In this document: piece after piece, positions 42,943 to 54,212 of the stretch
Numbering within the stretch: the stretch's first letter is position 1
Layout: every line of letters begins with the position of its first letter
Assembly: GCA_977017575.1 (NCBI GenBank)
Contig: CDRNVI010000003.1
Span: 62,001-126,000, forward strand
DNA: 64,000 nt
Source of the DNA: Paramoeba atlantica
Taxonomy: Eukaryota > Protista > Discosea
Direction of reading: 5' to 3'
Position numbers and translations under genes: made by a program
The notes under the pieces: model-generated
Databases searched by the model: none
What the model was told of the DNA's origin: nothing
What the model saw: the letters and a program-made list of their open reading frames with translations, nothing else

Positions 42943-44742
42943 TTAAGGCAACGAAATTTCATCTTCATTTGATAGATCTGGAAAAGGACTAGTCTGCACC
43001 GAATAACTAAAATCTGGGTCAATCCGAACTGGAGTTTTATCGTTTGCGGACTCAAAAACAGCTTCTTTTTCCACATCCAGCGCGGCACCTTCCGGTGAAT
43101 CTTTATTCGGATATTTTACCATCGTAGCGCGCGCTGCGGCATAATAAAATGACGTTTTACCATCAGGGTATGTCGTTTTAAGATCTCCATTCGGGAGTCG
43201 CAACACCACTCGGCCGTCCGGGAAAAAAGACTTTGCGGCGCCCTCCCCCCGCATGGATCGACGTCCGGGGGTAGAAGGCTGAGAGAAACTCTCGCGTCGA
43301 GGGGATTCAAGAAAATGCGGATTTTGTGATTCCTCGATCCCATGATTCGAATAAGAGGAAAGTGGAGCGTTGGAGGACAACTGCGGGTCGTTGTGAATGT
43401 CATCGTTCTTGTAAATGCCACGCGATGGAGACCTCATTGCCGTATCATAGGGTAATCGACCCGCTAAGCTCGGGACACAATCGGGTGTTTTTAGATGAGA
43501 TTGATGTTCATCAGATTTAGGTCTCTCTATGGATTGGGTCGCAGAAAAGGGTAACGCGGTGCTTAGCGTAGATTGGATGGGACTGAGCGTTTGGGAAAGT
43601 GCGTCTTCAGAATATAATGAAGAGTCAATGGCGTGCTGAGTTTCTTCATATTCCGTTTGCGATCCAATGGACATTGTCGGTTTAGATACCGAGTTCAAAT
43701 CTTGTTCTTCATAACAAAATGAGGGAGAAAAGTCGAAAAGTACAAAGAAGATAAAGTTCAAGGTGGAAGAACAGGTGGATTTGTTCCATGAAATAGGAAA
43801 ATCAGTCTGTGAGTCGCGAGATATCATGCGACAGGGTTGCGGTGCAGAAGTATGGATAGAATCTTGAACGCTTTGCAAAGACGCAGGGTAGCGATGAAAT
43901 CTGGGATTTGTCTGCCGTGAAGAAAGACTAGCATGTAGAGTTCCATCGGACAAAAATGCTTCGTTTCTTAAATCAGGAGCGTACCATTCATGTGGTTGCC
44001 GAGATCTTCTTCTGTCTGATTTTCGTAAGATACGCACTAGATGTTTTACAGAAGTTTCCAGATATCGCGAATCCACAAGAGACAAACTCATAATCGCTGC
44101 CTCTTGATCTGTCTTCGTATCATCAGTTTTGGCAATGTTGACGCTGTACAACAACAGACTTTCTAAGCTATTTTGTAGCATTGTTACAAAGGCTTCTCTC
44201 TGAGTCGTATACTCAGCATAAAGGATCTTCTTTTGATGCAAAACTAATTCAAAAAGAAGAACGAAGGACGACGTGATATTATCTAGTTGTTCTGGTTCTT
44301 CTTCCGCACCTGAGGGCTTCGCTGAAGAAAAGCGACCTAAATTATCATTTTTAACAAGCAGAGAACTGACCTCCTCACATTCAGGAAAAACAGAAATCGT
44401 TCCAAGAAATGTAACTTCTTGAAAGGAATTCGTTTTGGGTGAAGCATGCGTTGTTTCGATCAGTTTTTTCGGAGAGGGTTTATGCGGAGATACGAGCACC
44501 TCGAAGTTTGATAACTTGTCGAACCGAGGCCCATACCTTTTCGAATATGCAACAGCGTCGCGAACTTCTCTCGTAGGTGATTCGTTAAATGGAGGATTAA
44601 GACTTCGATCTGGCTCCCAATTGGCCGGAAGTTGCACGCACTGAGATCCACAACGACTCCGAAGAAAAGGATGGGACGGTTCCTCAATCTCATACCTTTT
44701 CTTCCGCAGCGCCAAAATACGATATCGCTCTTGCCGACTCAT
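42943..44742 (-). CDS. T-complex 10 C-terminal domain protein (SAS-4/CPAP-like)
   Basis: C-terminal FPDGRVVLRLPNGDLKTTYPDGKTSFYYAAARATMVKYP glycine-repeat beta-sheet motif; coiled-coil-like middle region. Confidence 0.7.
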   Translation of the reverse strand: MSRQERYRILALRKKRYEIEEPSHPFLRSRCGSQCVQLPANWEPDRSLNPPFNESPTREVRDAVAYSKRYGPRFDKLSNFEVLVSPHKPSPKKLIETTHASPKTNSFQEVTFLGTISVFPECEEVSSLLVKNDNLGRFSSAKPSGAEEEPEQLDNITSSFVLLFELVLHQKKILYAEYTTQREAFVTMLQNSLESLLLYSVNIAKTDDTKTDQEAAIMSLSLVDSRYLETSVKHLVRILRKSDRRRSRQPHEWYAPDLRNEAFLSDGTLHASLSSRQTNPRFHRYPASLQSVQDSIHTSAPQPCRMISRDSQTDFPISWNKSTCSSTLNFIFFVLFDFSPSFCYEEQDLNSVSKPTMSIGSQTEYEETQHAIDSSLYSEDALSQTLSPIQSTLSTALPFSATQSIERPKSDEHQSHLKTPDCVPSLAGRLPYDTAMRSPSRGIYKNDDIHNDPQLSSNAPLSSYSNHGIEESQNPHFLESPRRESFSQPSTPGRRSMRGEGAAKSFFPDGRVVLRLPNGDLKTTYPDGKTSFYYAAARATMVKYPNKDSPEGAALDVEKEAVFESANDKTPVRIDPDFSYSVQTSPFPDLSNEDEISLP

Positions 44743-45007
44743 AGAAGAAAAATTAAAACTTGCATTCAAAAGTCAGGTAAAGCATGATAAAGTAGATACT
44801 GAACCAATAAATTGTGTTTGTACTGAAAAGTAACTGTACTGAAAAAAAAGGATGCAAGCAAGAAGTTGTACTTAAGCCTTAAAATCGTGGATATTACTTT
44901 TAAAACGTATGTGAATTCATTACACCGTTATCATATACTGAAGTTCAGGAAACTATGCAATGTAAGAACTAAGTCACAAAAACTTGGGCTTGTGCTTCAC
45001 CCGAAAC

Positions 45008-48000
45008 TTAGCGATGGATTCGTGACAAATATTCCTGGAGGACTGGTTTCTCAGAAGACGGAGCCTGGTGCAAATAGTCTCGAATATAATTTTCACACGT
45101 TTGCCGTGCTGTCAAGTAGGACGATTTAGTACTCACCCCACTTCCGGAGCTTCGATAGGAAGCTTGTGATAATTGCGTGCTCCACACACATAACAGTTCG
45201 GCCATTGCAACAAGCACTCGAGCGGCAGAAAAGGGAGTGTTAAAACGTGATTCAGGGTGTAAAGATTTTGAATAGACTTCCTCAAAAAACAATCTAAAAT
45301 ATTCAAAAATTTCTGCCAGACTCATTCTTTCGCAGCCCAGCAAGAGATCTACGATCGCTCTTTCGTTCGCGCTTGTTAATCTTTCAAACACCACTTTCAA
45401 AAGAGAATTCATAGGAAAATATTGTGGACGAGAGGAATCGTAAAATCGCTCGAACAGTTTTTGTGTCGTAGACTCTACGCTGCTGGCGGAACACAAGGCC
45501 GCTTCAAACAGGTCGGCACATAAGAACTTGGAAGTTTCGGTAGTACCATCCGAGTTGTAAAGCACAGAGAGCTGTACAAATTCACCTCCAGATCCCCTGT
45601 AGACCTCTGCCATGCGATAGAGAATATTTAGATCACTAATCAGTTCATTTCTTAAGAAGTCACATTGCTCTGCAAGATGGGAACGCAGCGGCTTAATCCC
45701 GTCTTCAAGTTCCACAACTTGATTCAAAAGGGAGTCCGATTCATTCGCGAGCGTTTGTTCACAGAGTTCCAGAAGCTCCGTTTGAACTAGAGCAATGCGG
45801 TATGTAGTAGAGAGACGTCGAGCCAGAGGGCTGTGCTCCACTTTCTTCGACTTAGCCCACGTCGTGGCTTCCTGAAGCAAACCAACACGATACTGAAGTG
45901 GCACCGGACTGTTGACAAATCGAGATGTAGCGGCACTTAAGAAAGCTCGCAAGGCGTCCTCCGACCGGTCTTGCTTTATGTAAAACAACGCACGTTCTCG
46001 TCCAAACATCGACTGATGCAGTTCCAAAAACTTTTCAAGGTCACCTGGAGGCATGCGCAGCACGATTTGCAGAAAGTACTCCCGCATAGGATCACTACTC
46101 TCACGCTGCAACATCCACTCCAACAAAAAATATTTCGCCAATAAATCACATCCGGGTAAATTCCACAGACTTCCTATTCTCCCACTCTCTACTTCAAACA
46201 GCTCACGCAAGGACGAATTCAACGTTGTCGAGTTCTCCCCCGCAAAACCTTGCTCCAAAAACGACACCAGCAATCCATAACACTGCCAACGATCCTCCAA
46301 AGCCTCCTGCGCTCGTCCCGAGGGCTGTACATAATTTTCCGGGTCGATACCATACAAATACGCCCCCATGGCCTCCCTCTTTCCATCCCCCTGGGCGGCT
46401 GCACTCCAACAAAGCGACGCCACTGCGGCGTACCCTTTCATCTCCCACAACACCTCCGCGATGGCACGGAGCCCACAGGACTGCCACAGATGTCGAGACA
46501 ACGGAAGCAACGCCTTGACTAAATCATTTATTTTATCGTTCGCGCCCGCTGGATCGTTACCCCACGACCTGTGGCACTCACGGAGCAAAAGCTGCGCGTG
46601 GTACTCGGCGAAATCCTCAGCGGGGAGCAGAGAAGGGCATTTCGTGGCCATCGTTGAATTCAGTGTCGAGAGCTCAGCGGGGGTGAGATCAGGGACCCGT
46701 AGAAAACTACGAAGAAGCGCACGGACCACGGGAAGGCGAACCGAGGGGGCGGAAGGGGAGAGAAGCAGATCGCCAAAAACGAGATCGTGGAAATACGGGA
46801 GGGGAGGGGTGGAGTGTTGGGAGGACAGCCGGGTGTACTCCGTCGCTGCCGTGTCGATCAAGACGGGTTCGTATTTTGTGGTTTGTACCATTTGGAGGAG
46901 GGAGAGAAATTGGAAAACGATATGTGTGGTGTGCTCGAGAGAGGAGAGTTGCAACGCTACGAGTTGTTTTAGATGAGAGGAGGAGAGCCCGGTGTGGTTG
47001 GACGGGACGCTGAGGATGGTGTCAAACTGGTCGTTGTTTTCCCAGAAGAGAGGGAGAGAGGGGTTGGGTTCCATCCAGCCTTGTTTGCGAAGCGTGGAGA
47101 GGACGTGGGCGAGAGGAGTCAGAATCTCGAGAACCCCACGGAGGTCTTCCTCGGTGAGATGTAATCCTGGACGGGGGCGTGAGGGGGAGGAGGGAGAAAA
47201 GAGACGTAAAGGAACCAAGGAAAGAAGAATGCGGGAAAAAAGTAAACGAAGTCCGCGTATTGCGGGAGAGGTGGTAATGCAAAAAAGCGTGTTGCGTGAT
47301 TGTGAGAATGTGGACATGGTAAGGTCTCTTCCAGAAATGTAATTCGCGTCCAGAGCTACTAGAGAAGCACTGTCCGGTAGCAGTCGCGACTCCAATATTT
47401 CCCAAATGAAGGTAGAAATCTCTTTTTCACTTAGAATTCGCGAAGAGCATGAAACACATTCCGATTGAGCTTTTCGCAAGGACAGAGTGAGCTCGGAGAA
47501 TTCGTGTGCAGATGCTAGTTTACCATAGAGCAAGCAAAGCATAGAACAAAACTCCTCCAGTCCAAACGTACTTTGGAAGCGGGCCAAAATAGATCGCGCT
47601 GAGGTGGTTCTTCCGGAGGATATCACAAGAAACAAAATATCAAGAGGTCGTAGTTTGCGTACGAAATGTACTCCCGTGTTGGTTACGACAGCGAAACGAC
47701 GAGACGGTAGAATGTACTGCGAATCTGTCTCTTGAATCGGTGTTGCAGAGGCAATTTCCTTGCATAAAGAGGCAAAAACTGTATGATCAATTTCACCCAC
47801 GTAAAGCATTCTCATATCTTGTAGCTCGCTTCCCCTTTGAGGGAAAATAGTTACTGTTGGGCGCTCGAGTGAAGTATTTTCGTTCGCGTTTAGCGAGACT
47901 TCGCGTGATGAGGAAGTAAAACAAATTTCATCCATAAGCATGGCCGAGGAAACATTTGGGGGTGAGGTGTTCTCGGATTGGTTCGACTCGCTTGAACAGG

Positions 48001-49270
48001 TTCGAATAAAAGCTCCTATGCCATTGGACACGTACGAGAAAGCGATTTGCTTTTCGGTTTCGAACCAAGATTTTCGGAATTCGCGGGAATCATTATCTAA
48101 CGAGCAGAACACCTTTTTCACCTCGAGCTGTTTGCCTCCCGTAAAACCGCTTTCTTGCAAGGAATAAAAGTAACAATATCCGTTTGAAGCAACAGATACT
48201 AAAGCGAAATCCTCTCGAGGACCACCGATATGTACAGAAGACAGTGGAGAAAGCTTGGGATCGCGATACGTATTCAAATGTTGTAGCATTCCAGGTTCAT
48301 GCTTCTTTGTACAAATCAACGAGATTTGTCCTTTCCCCCCTTCACTGATGGAATACATAGTAATAGAGCTATCCAAGTGGAGAACAAAAATTTGGTGACG
48401 AAACGAATCCACGCATATATCAAGGGCTTGCTCCTTTTTAATAACCGAAAGATAAGCCTTCGTCAGGAGAGAACCGATGCATTGAGAAACGTAATTCTGC
48501 TGAGAAAAGAACGCATCCAGGTTGGTGAATGTCATTCGAAGGGAGTCGGTACGCAAATCTTTTACCAAATGAATTTCGTAGAAATCTCCCTCTTGTGCAG
48601 CAAAAAAGATGCGATCTGTAAAGTCGTGTTGCACAATTTTTTGAATTGTAAATTCTGATATCTGGGAAATCCCAAGATCAGTGATGGTACACGGTGTAAC
48701 GTGACATCTAGATCCTTTTCGCCCTTGAAATTCGTACTCACCAGGAATAGCCCTGTCTGCAAAGCTAAGCCCATAAACCGAAACTTTCCCGCAGAAAATC
48801 AAAAGGAGTAAATGTGTTGAGTTGGAGTTTAACAATCCCAGTGGAGTCCGCACTGTGAAAATGTTTTGTACGGGTTCTGGCTCCTCAATCACTTTCATAT
48901 CCGACCCTGTAAGAAAATTCCACAAAATGAGCTTGTGCTGAATTCGTATGGCTACACGAGAAATGTTCTCAAGGAGGAAAACGGTATTATCCTGCACACT
49001 GGACTCACATGCGTGACGTATCGTTGCAGGCCATACAACAGATTTTGTGGCAATAAACTCAGGAAGTGCACAAAGCATATCCGATTCGGCCGAAAGTTGT
49101 TTGCCAAGGAGGAGGCTTATCGCCTCAGCTCCAGTGGTAAGAGGCCTCTCGTCGGAGATAGTGAGTGGATTCGCTTGAAAAAGATTTTGAACGTAACGTT
49201 GTAGCACATCCAGTGTGAGAGCTATGGAAGGGTCGGTCTCTTTGATGGGGTTTAATGGGAATGAAGACAT
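45008..49270 (-). CDS. NUP155: Nucleoporin Nup155/Nup170 family
   Basis: 1420 aa. N-terminal beta-propeller-like region (RVAIRIQHKLILWNF, RIFFAAQEGDFYEI, VDSFRHQIFVLH) and helical solenoid C-terminus (RVGLLQEA, LYRMAEVY). Confidence 0.8.
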   Translation of the reverse strand: MSSFPLNPIKETDPSIALTLDVLQRYVQNLFQANPLTISDERPLTTGAEAISLLLGKQLSAESDMLCALPEFIATKSVVWPATIRHACESSVQDNTVFLLENISRVAIRIQHKLILWNFLTGSDMKVIEEPEPVQNIFTVRTPLGLLNSNSTHLLLLIFCGKVSVYGLSFADRAIPGEYEFQGRKGSRCHVTPCTITDLGISQISEFTIQKIVQHDFTDRIFFAAQEGDFYEIHLVKDLRTDSLRMTFTNLDAFFSQQNYVSQCIGSLLTKAYLSVIKKEQALDICVDSFRHQIFVLHLDSSITMYSISEGGKGQISLICTKKHEPGMLQHLNTYRDPKLSPLSSVHIGGPREDFALVSVASNGYCYFYSLQESGFTGGKQLEVKKVFCSLDNDSREFRKSWFETEKQIAFSYVSNGIGAFIRTCSSESNQSENTSPPNVSSAMLMDEICFTSSSREVSLNANENTSLERPTVTIFPQRGSELQDMRMLYVGEIDHTVFASLCKEIASATPIQETDSQYILPSRRFAVVTNTGVHFVRKLRPLDILFLVISSGRTTSARSILARFQSTFGLEEFCSMLCLLYGKLASAHEFSELTLSLRKAQSECVSCSSRILSEKEISTFIWEILESRLLPDSASLVALDANYISGRDLTMSTFSQSRNTLFCITTSPAIRGLRLLFSRILLSLVPLRLFSPSSPSRPRPGLHLTEEDLRGVLEILTPLAHVLSTLRKQGWMEPNPSLPLFWENNDQFDTILSVPSNHTGLSSSHLKQLVALQLSSLEHTTHIVFQFLSLLQMVQTTKYEPVLIDTAATEYTRLSSQHSTPPLPYFHDLVFGDLLLSPSAPSVRLPVVRALLRSFLRVPDLTPAELSTLNSTMATKCPSLLPAEDFAEYHAQLLLRECHRSWGNDPAGANDKINDLVKALLPLSRHLWQSCGLRAIAEVLWEMKGYAAVASLCWSAAAQGDGKREAMGAYLYGIDPENYVQPSGRAQEALEDRWQCYGLLVSFLEQGFAGENSTTLNSSLRELFEVESGRIGSLWNLPGCDLLAKYFLLEWMLQRESSDPMREYFLQIVLRMPPGDLEKFLELHQSMFGRERALFYIKQDRSEDALRAFLSAATSRFVNSPVPLQYRVGLLQEATTWAKSKKVEHSPLARRLSTTYRIALVQTELLELCEQTLANESDSLLNQVVELEDGIKPLRSHLAEQCDFLRNELISDLNILYRMAEVYRGSGGEFVQLSVLYNSDGTTETSKFLCADLFEAALCSASSVESTTQKLFERFYDSSRPQYFPMNSLLKVVFERLTSANERAIVDLLLGCERMSLAEIFEYFRLFFEEVYSKSLHPESRFNTPFSAARVLVAMAELLCVWSTQLSQASYRSSGSGVSTKSSYLTARQTCENYIRDYLHQAPSSEKPVLQEYLSRIHR

Positions 49271-49788
49271 TGGGGTTGGGGTGACGTGAAAAAAAGAAAA
49301 TTGTTTATTAAGGAAACTCGAAAAAATCAGAGAAAACCATATGCCTTTGAAGACGAATATGCTGATTTCGTTTCGATTAACTTGTTTTTGAAATAGACGA
49401 ATTATATTATTTTACATTTAATACCGAAGAGCAGTTGTTATAGAGGAAGCAAGATTTCTACCCCGGATAACAGAAAGTCAACAAAGGGTCAACATGTTTT
49501 TTAAAATCTCCCACAAGATCTTTGGGCTTTATGCAAGAATAAGAAATAACCAGACTTTTATCAAGGTGATTAATAAACAACAATAAGGTGAAAACTTAAA
49601 AAGTTGCACAAGAAAACAAACCAATAAAATCAAAAATCGACTAGGTTGAAGAACTCAGGCATCGCTTCAAAAATACAGTCCGATATCCATAAACATAAAA
49701 CAAAATTAGTAAAAGCAAGCGAAATCTCTAGAAGTGCAAAAACATTGTCAAAAAATTCAAATAAACTTCACTATATATAAAGCAAGTC

Positions 49789-51324
49789 TCACAAACTCAC
49801 AGAAAACGACTCGGTCGCCACACTTCCTACCTGTATCCCCTGCCTCACCCTTCCCTCCTCCACAATCGCATCCCCCGGTTTTGGATCCTTGATCGCGGTT
49901 CGCGCCATGGAAATCTCCACCCGACGGCCCTCCACCCAGAACGACCCCACCCGAAGCAGCTCCTGGCAACTCCCCACCCTGGCAAACTCCACAAAGACGT
50001 GCGCGAACCCGTGGGCCCCGTGGTGCTGCCCCATGGGGGGCCCCCACGGCACGGGCGCGCGTCGTAGTTTGAGGATCACCCCGTAGGAGCGGGCGCGGGC
50101 GTAGATCTGCTCGGTCGGGGAGGCAAGACCCACGCCTTTGAGGTTTACGGTGCGGTGGAGCGCCGGGACGTGGATCTCCACGAGCGCGTGGAGGTCGTGG
50201 AAGGGCTCGAGAGGGGGGGAGAGCGCGTGGGGGAGGGGGGGGAGAGGGAGGAAGGGGGAAGAGGGGGGGTGCGCTGTGGAGGAAGAAAGGGGAGGGGATG
50301 GGATTTGGGAGGATGGGATTTGGGATGAGATTTGGGAGGGTAAAATTTGGGATGGAATTTGGGAGGATGAAATTTGGAAGGATGAAAGTTGAGGCGAAGA
50401 GATTTCATGTTCGGAAGATAAGGGAGATAGAGTAAGAGGTGAGTGCATGGAGGGGGAGGAGGGATCGTCTTCTTGGGAGGATACGGTGGGAAAAGGAGGA
50501 TAGAGCGTAGCGTTGTTGGGTTGTCGTTCATGGGGTTGGATGTTGGGGTTTGGGGGAAGGGATGTCGAGGGGATGGGTTCTGTAGGCATTGGATTGGGAT
50601 GGGAGAATTGCGGGGTGGAGGGTGGAAAAAATTGTGTTTGTTGTTGTTGTGAGGGTAAAACAGGCACAGGAATGGGAGGAAGATGTGCTGGGGTGTTTGG
50701 AGAGTAGTGTTGCATTTGGTTGATGAGTCGTAGACGATAGGCCTCCATTTGGGCGCACACGTCATAGTACTGTAGAAGCATATTTTCCTGCATTAAATTC
50801 CCAACTGTAGCTCTTGGAGTGGATGAAGAGTGACTTTCCGTTGAAGTTTGTGAATTGTTCGGTGGATGTTCGGATGTAGTGACAATTTCATAGAGAATCG
50901 TCACGCGGGGATTTACCTGAAGTTGATGTAAACTTTGTGATTTACTTTCGTCAAGATTATAGCGCTCGAATGGGGTGACAAAACGAACATGGCTTCGTGG
51001 AGCTTCCTCAAGTCGAGCAATTCCTGCAACGATCTCCGCAAGCGTGGTTGTTTTGTAAGGTGTTTTAAGGAACGTACATACTTGTGTGCTGTGATTCACT
51101 ATCGGAACTTCATCCGGAAGAACTTCTGGACATGTGGCTAGTTCGTGATCAATGGCAAGACACCGAAGACAGTGAGGGGATGCGCTTTGCTTCGACTGAG
51201 TTTCCATTGCGGTGAGATTTGTGAAAGAAACAAAAGCAAGGTATAGATGTAAAAAAGTAGTGCTTAATTTATGCAAAAGTATTTGCGAAGCAATGGAGTC
51301 GAATGTTAGTGAAAGCAACAGCAT
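49789..51324 (-). CDS. Zinc-knuckle plus RRM protein
   Basis: CLRCLAIDHELATC (CX2CX4HX4C); C-terminal RRM-like TVNLKGV...GFAHVFVEFA...VEGRRVEISMAR; Pro/Ser-rich linker. The true start may be at METQSK. Confidence 0.72.
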   Translation of the reverse strand: MLLLSLTFDSIASQILLHKLSTTFLHLYLAFVSFTNLTAMETQSKQSASPHCLRCLAIDHELATCPEVLPDEVPIVNHSTQVCTFLKTPYKTTTLAEIVAGIARLEEAPRSHVRFVTPFERYNLDESKSQSLHQLQVNPRVTILYEIVTTSEHPPNNSQTSTESHSSSTPRATVGNLMQENMLLQYYDVCAQMEAYRLRLINQMQHYSPNTPAHLPPIPVPVLPSQQQQTQFFPPSTPQFSHPNPMPTEPIPSTSLPPNPNIQPHERQPNNATLYPPFPTVSSQEDDPSSPSMHSPLTLSPLSSEHEISSPQLSSFQISSSQIPSQILPSQISSQIPSSQIPSPPLSSSTAHPPSSPFLPLPPLPHALSPPLEPFHDLHALVEIHVPALHRTVNLKGVGLASPTEQIYARARSYGVILKLRRAPVPWGPPMGQHHGAHGFAHVFVEFARVGSCQELLRVGSFWVEGRRVEISMARTAIKDPKPGDAIVEEGRVRQGIQVGSVATESFSVSL

Positions 51325-51468
51325 GATAATTCAAAAAAGTTGAGTCGAAAGAAGTCACCTAAAAATTATCCTTGCCTACATAAAAGGTAAAAAAATAAAA
51401 ATGCATTCCCATCCTGCTCTCAAAAAACTAAAGGAAACGCACAAGTGGTACCACAACCTCAGATGCCC

Positions 51469-52596
51469 CTATCTTTCGGGAAGAGAAAAGTCATTCAAAT
51501 TCCGATGTGAGTACGATGCTCCCCCACCTTCTCCCGGTTGCCCCGGCACAGGCATTCCTGACGTAAAAGAAGACTCCGGTGGATACACCGGTGGCAGACC
51601 CGAAGCATATACATAACTCGCGGAAGATGAATTCACAGATCCCGAAGCCGGATGCGAAAAAGACATTGAATTCATCTCCACAAGAGATGCATGCTGTCCA
51701 TAGGCATAGCTCCCTGACACGTGAGGCTGTGTCAACGGCCTCCTGTAATTAGAATCCACAAAATGAGATCTTTCACCCTCTATTCTTGTTATCGGTGGAA
51801 TCCCACCATGAGGTTGTCCATATCCCCATGTTGCAGAAGAGATTGCAGACCCTGAATAACAGCCCATCGGCTGTATCGGTCCTACTGGACCTCCGTGAAG
51901 AGCTCCATGGGGGATTACAAACGATTCAGCATCATGGGGAAGGGCCAACGGTTCCATCCCAGGCTGTACATAACCATATGAAGAAGGATAAGGAGGATGA
52001 GAGGCCTGTGAAAATGAGTTTGCCCTCATTCCGGGAGCATAGGGATAATGAAGAGGATTTCGTAGATGTGCATGTCGCGGAAGCATCGTGCCTACGGCGT
52101 AGGGAACACGCTGGGGGTCGTCGTGACAGGAGAGGTTGTGGTGGTTAGGAAGAAACACGTGACCGGACCACGGGAAGGAGTCTCGGCGGTATTCCTCACG
52201 CTCAAACGGATCGGGGAGAGTTTCTAGTATGGGGGAGGGGGAGGGGGGGAAAGTGCCAGTAGCAGGTGTTGGTTCGGAGGAAGTTGTGGAACCGAAAATA
52301 CGTTGCCGTGCGTTTTCGTAGGTTTCCGGGGTGACTTGATGAGGGGGTTGAAGAGGGGGAGAGGGAGGGGGAGCTGTTGAGCTAGTTCCGCGAGAGATGG
52401 GGGATGAGTGTTTTCGGGTAGGAAAAGCTGTTTTTCGTTTGGCAATGCCTCGAACGGTGGGGTAATTGTGCTTTTGGGTAAAGGATTCCTCTTCGGAGGG
52501 AGTTTGAGCGGTCACCAGTGAGACGTCTGTTGTGGGAATGATACCGTCGTCATTCTTCTCGGATTTTGACTCCGATACAGGTAAATCATTGTTCAT
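51469..52596 (-). CDS. SUZ-domain-like low-complexity RNA-binding protein
   Basis: VRGIAKRK...TPETYENARQRIFG resembles the SUZ motif EEYERARARIF; Pro/Ser/Tyr-rich tail. Confidence 0.55.
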   Translation of the reverse strand: MNNDLPVSESKSEKNDDGIIPTTDVSLVTAQTPSEEESFTQKHNYPTVRGIAKRKTAFPTRKHSSPISRGTSSTAPPPSPPLQPPHQVTPETYENARQRIFGSTTSSEPTPATGTFPPSPSPILETLPDPFEREEYRRDSFPWSGHVFLPNHHNLSCHDDPQRVPYAVGTMLPRHAHLRNPLHYPYAPGMRANSFSQASHPPYPSSYGYVQPGMEPLALPHDAESFVIPHGALHGGPVGPIQPMGCYSGSAISSATWGYGQPHGGIPPITRIEGERSHFVDSNYRRPLTQPHVSGSYAYGQHASLVEMNSMSFSHPASGSVNSSSASYVYASGLPPVYPPESSFTSGMPVPGQPGEGGGASYSHRNLNDFSLPER

Positions 52597-52691
52597 TGCA
52601 ACAATTTAGGTAAGCGCGTAAAAATATAATGCATAGTAGAGAAAGACAATGTGACAACACAAGATTTCTACCATGAGAGTTATGCAATTGC

Positions 52692-53162
52692 TAAAGTTTA
52701 AAGGACAGCGTTTAAAACAAGATGTTGAATCGACAACATGTTCTTGCGTGTAGAACCAGCATTTAAGACGTTCAATAATAAAAAAATCAACTTATTTTCA
52801 ACACAACAGATGGTCAAAAGGGACGTTTTTCCCCCAATGGATGGGGTCATGGTCGAGCGCTTCATGGCGTAGGCCCCAGAGAACATAATGTTTTTTCGTT
52901 TTGGCGCCTGATATACCTGTATATGCTTTTGTTTCATTCGATCCTTGCCCAAATCGATCCTTAAGCCCAAAATCTGCCTTTGCGCTTAATTAAATTTGGG
53001 CGTAATTAAGTTTAGACCGGTAAAGTTTAAAGGACAGCGTTTAAAACAAGATGTTGAATCGACAATATGTTCTTGCGCATAGAGCCAGTATTTAAGACGT
53101 TCAATATTAAAAAAACCAACTTATTTTCAACACAACAGATGGTCGAAAGGGACGTTTTTCCC
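52692..53162 (+). repeat. About 140-bp direct duplication (52692-52833 and 53021-53162)
   Basis: TAAAGTTTAAAGGACAGCGTTTAAAACAAGATG...GATGGTC[AG]AAAGGGACGTTTTTCCC occurs twice. Confidence 0.85.
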
Positions 53163-53246
53163 GCAAAAAATTTTAACTTCGTACTTCCCTTAATAAAATG
53201 TAACAAACAAGAAAATTTATGAGCTCTACCTTAGTTCCGGTTCTGA

Positions 53247-53670
53247 GGCGGTGCGGGCGTAGTTGGTAGACGGTGGGCCTTACAACCTGCAGGTTGTTGG
53301 TTCGATTCCCGTTATCGACAAAACTTGCAACCTGGCGGCCTCACTACAAAGGGAAAGCGATCAGGAGTGCCTTCAAGGCCCACACTCAACCCCGTTCCCT
53401 TGGAGGACCGACCCGGAACCGCCGAGCTGAACCAGGCTCCAGCGCAGCCGCTAAATTGCGAGCTGCTTACGCAAAGGAGGCTTGAGACACAGCCTACACG
53501 ATGCAACGGGGTGGACGACCGTCCTGGTAGCTACGGTTGGGTAGCCGTGCTCGGGCCGCAAGGCGTCGAGTGCCGTCTGGGAAGGGGGTAGCAAGACAAT
53601 GAAGGTCGGTGACCTGAGACTCTACCCTAACGGTTGGCGCTGCAGAGCCCTCCGTGTCTTCTTTTTCTTC
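53247..53670 (+). mobile_element. tRNA-derived SINE, copy B
   Basis: Head GGCGGTG..AGTTGGTAGA (A box)..CTTACAA..AGGTT..GGTTCGATTCCC (B box); tail GTGTCTTCTTTTTCTTC; 12-13-bp TSD TTCCGGTTCTGA(G) at 53235 and 53671. Confidence 0.88.
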
Positions 53671-53978
53671 TTCCGGTTCTGAGCCTGGAAAATAATTTCA
53701 AATTCCTTAAACAGCGGATTACAAGAACTCCCTATTTCACATCGTACGGTACAGGCTTCTATCATCACGTCATCCAAGGTTCCCAGCTACAAAAAGTGAT
53801 GCGGTCATACATTTTACAGCCTGTGCAAAGAAAAATGATAGAGCGGAGTAGTGTAAGTAGCAAAAATATGATGCTTAATCACTCGCATGGATAATACTGA
53901 AATTTTGTCTGAGAAACCACCGTGAAAAAATTTAAGTTTTTTTTGGGGGAAAGAAAGTCCCCTTCCACCCAACATACG

Positions 53979-54098
53979 TAATGCATGACTACCTACAAGG
54001 AATGTTATGCACACTTCCTGTGGGAGGCTGAGGTCGGATGATACTATATACTAAGTAAGGGATGGGAAGCATGAAAGGGGGGAAAGACTTCTGAAAGT
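53979..54098. repeat. Left inverted terminal repeat (120 bp)
   Basis: Pairs with 59538-59657 at 118/120. Confidence 0.9.
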
Positions 54099-54212
54099 TG
54101 TTATAACTTGTTGTTGTTGTTGTTGGTAACAAGAGCGCCTGCAATCCCCACATGCAAGCGCCGCAAGTACCACTCCGGCTCCCGGGCTTATCCCGGTACG
54201 GGGACGCAAGGC

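Noticed and set aside
46053-47405. Many antisense and alternative-frame ORFs within Nup155 (likewise within PSP1, MSH6, RRM and SET genes)
   Set aside because: Shadow ORFs caused by stop-poor GC- or purine-skewed coding sequence.
53247-53320. Functional tRNA-Val(TAC) gene
   Set aside because: The anticodon arm needs an 8-nt loop, the T-stem is mispaired, position 8 is not T, copy A has a different anticodon, and the sequence continues for 350 nt between TSDs. It is better explained as a SINE head.
53440-53470. Group I intron P element (AAATTGCG) or 7SL RNA within the SINE body
   Set aside because: No P7 GACTA/TAGTC pair and no SRP helix-8 GNRA/AGCAG motif could be found.
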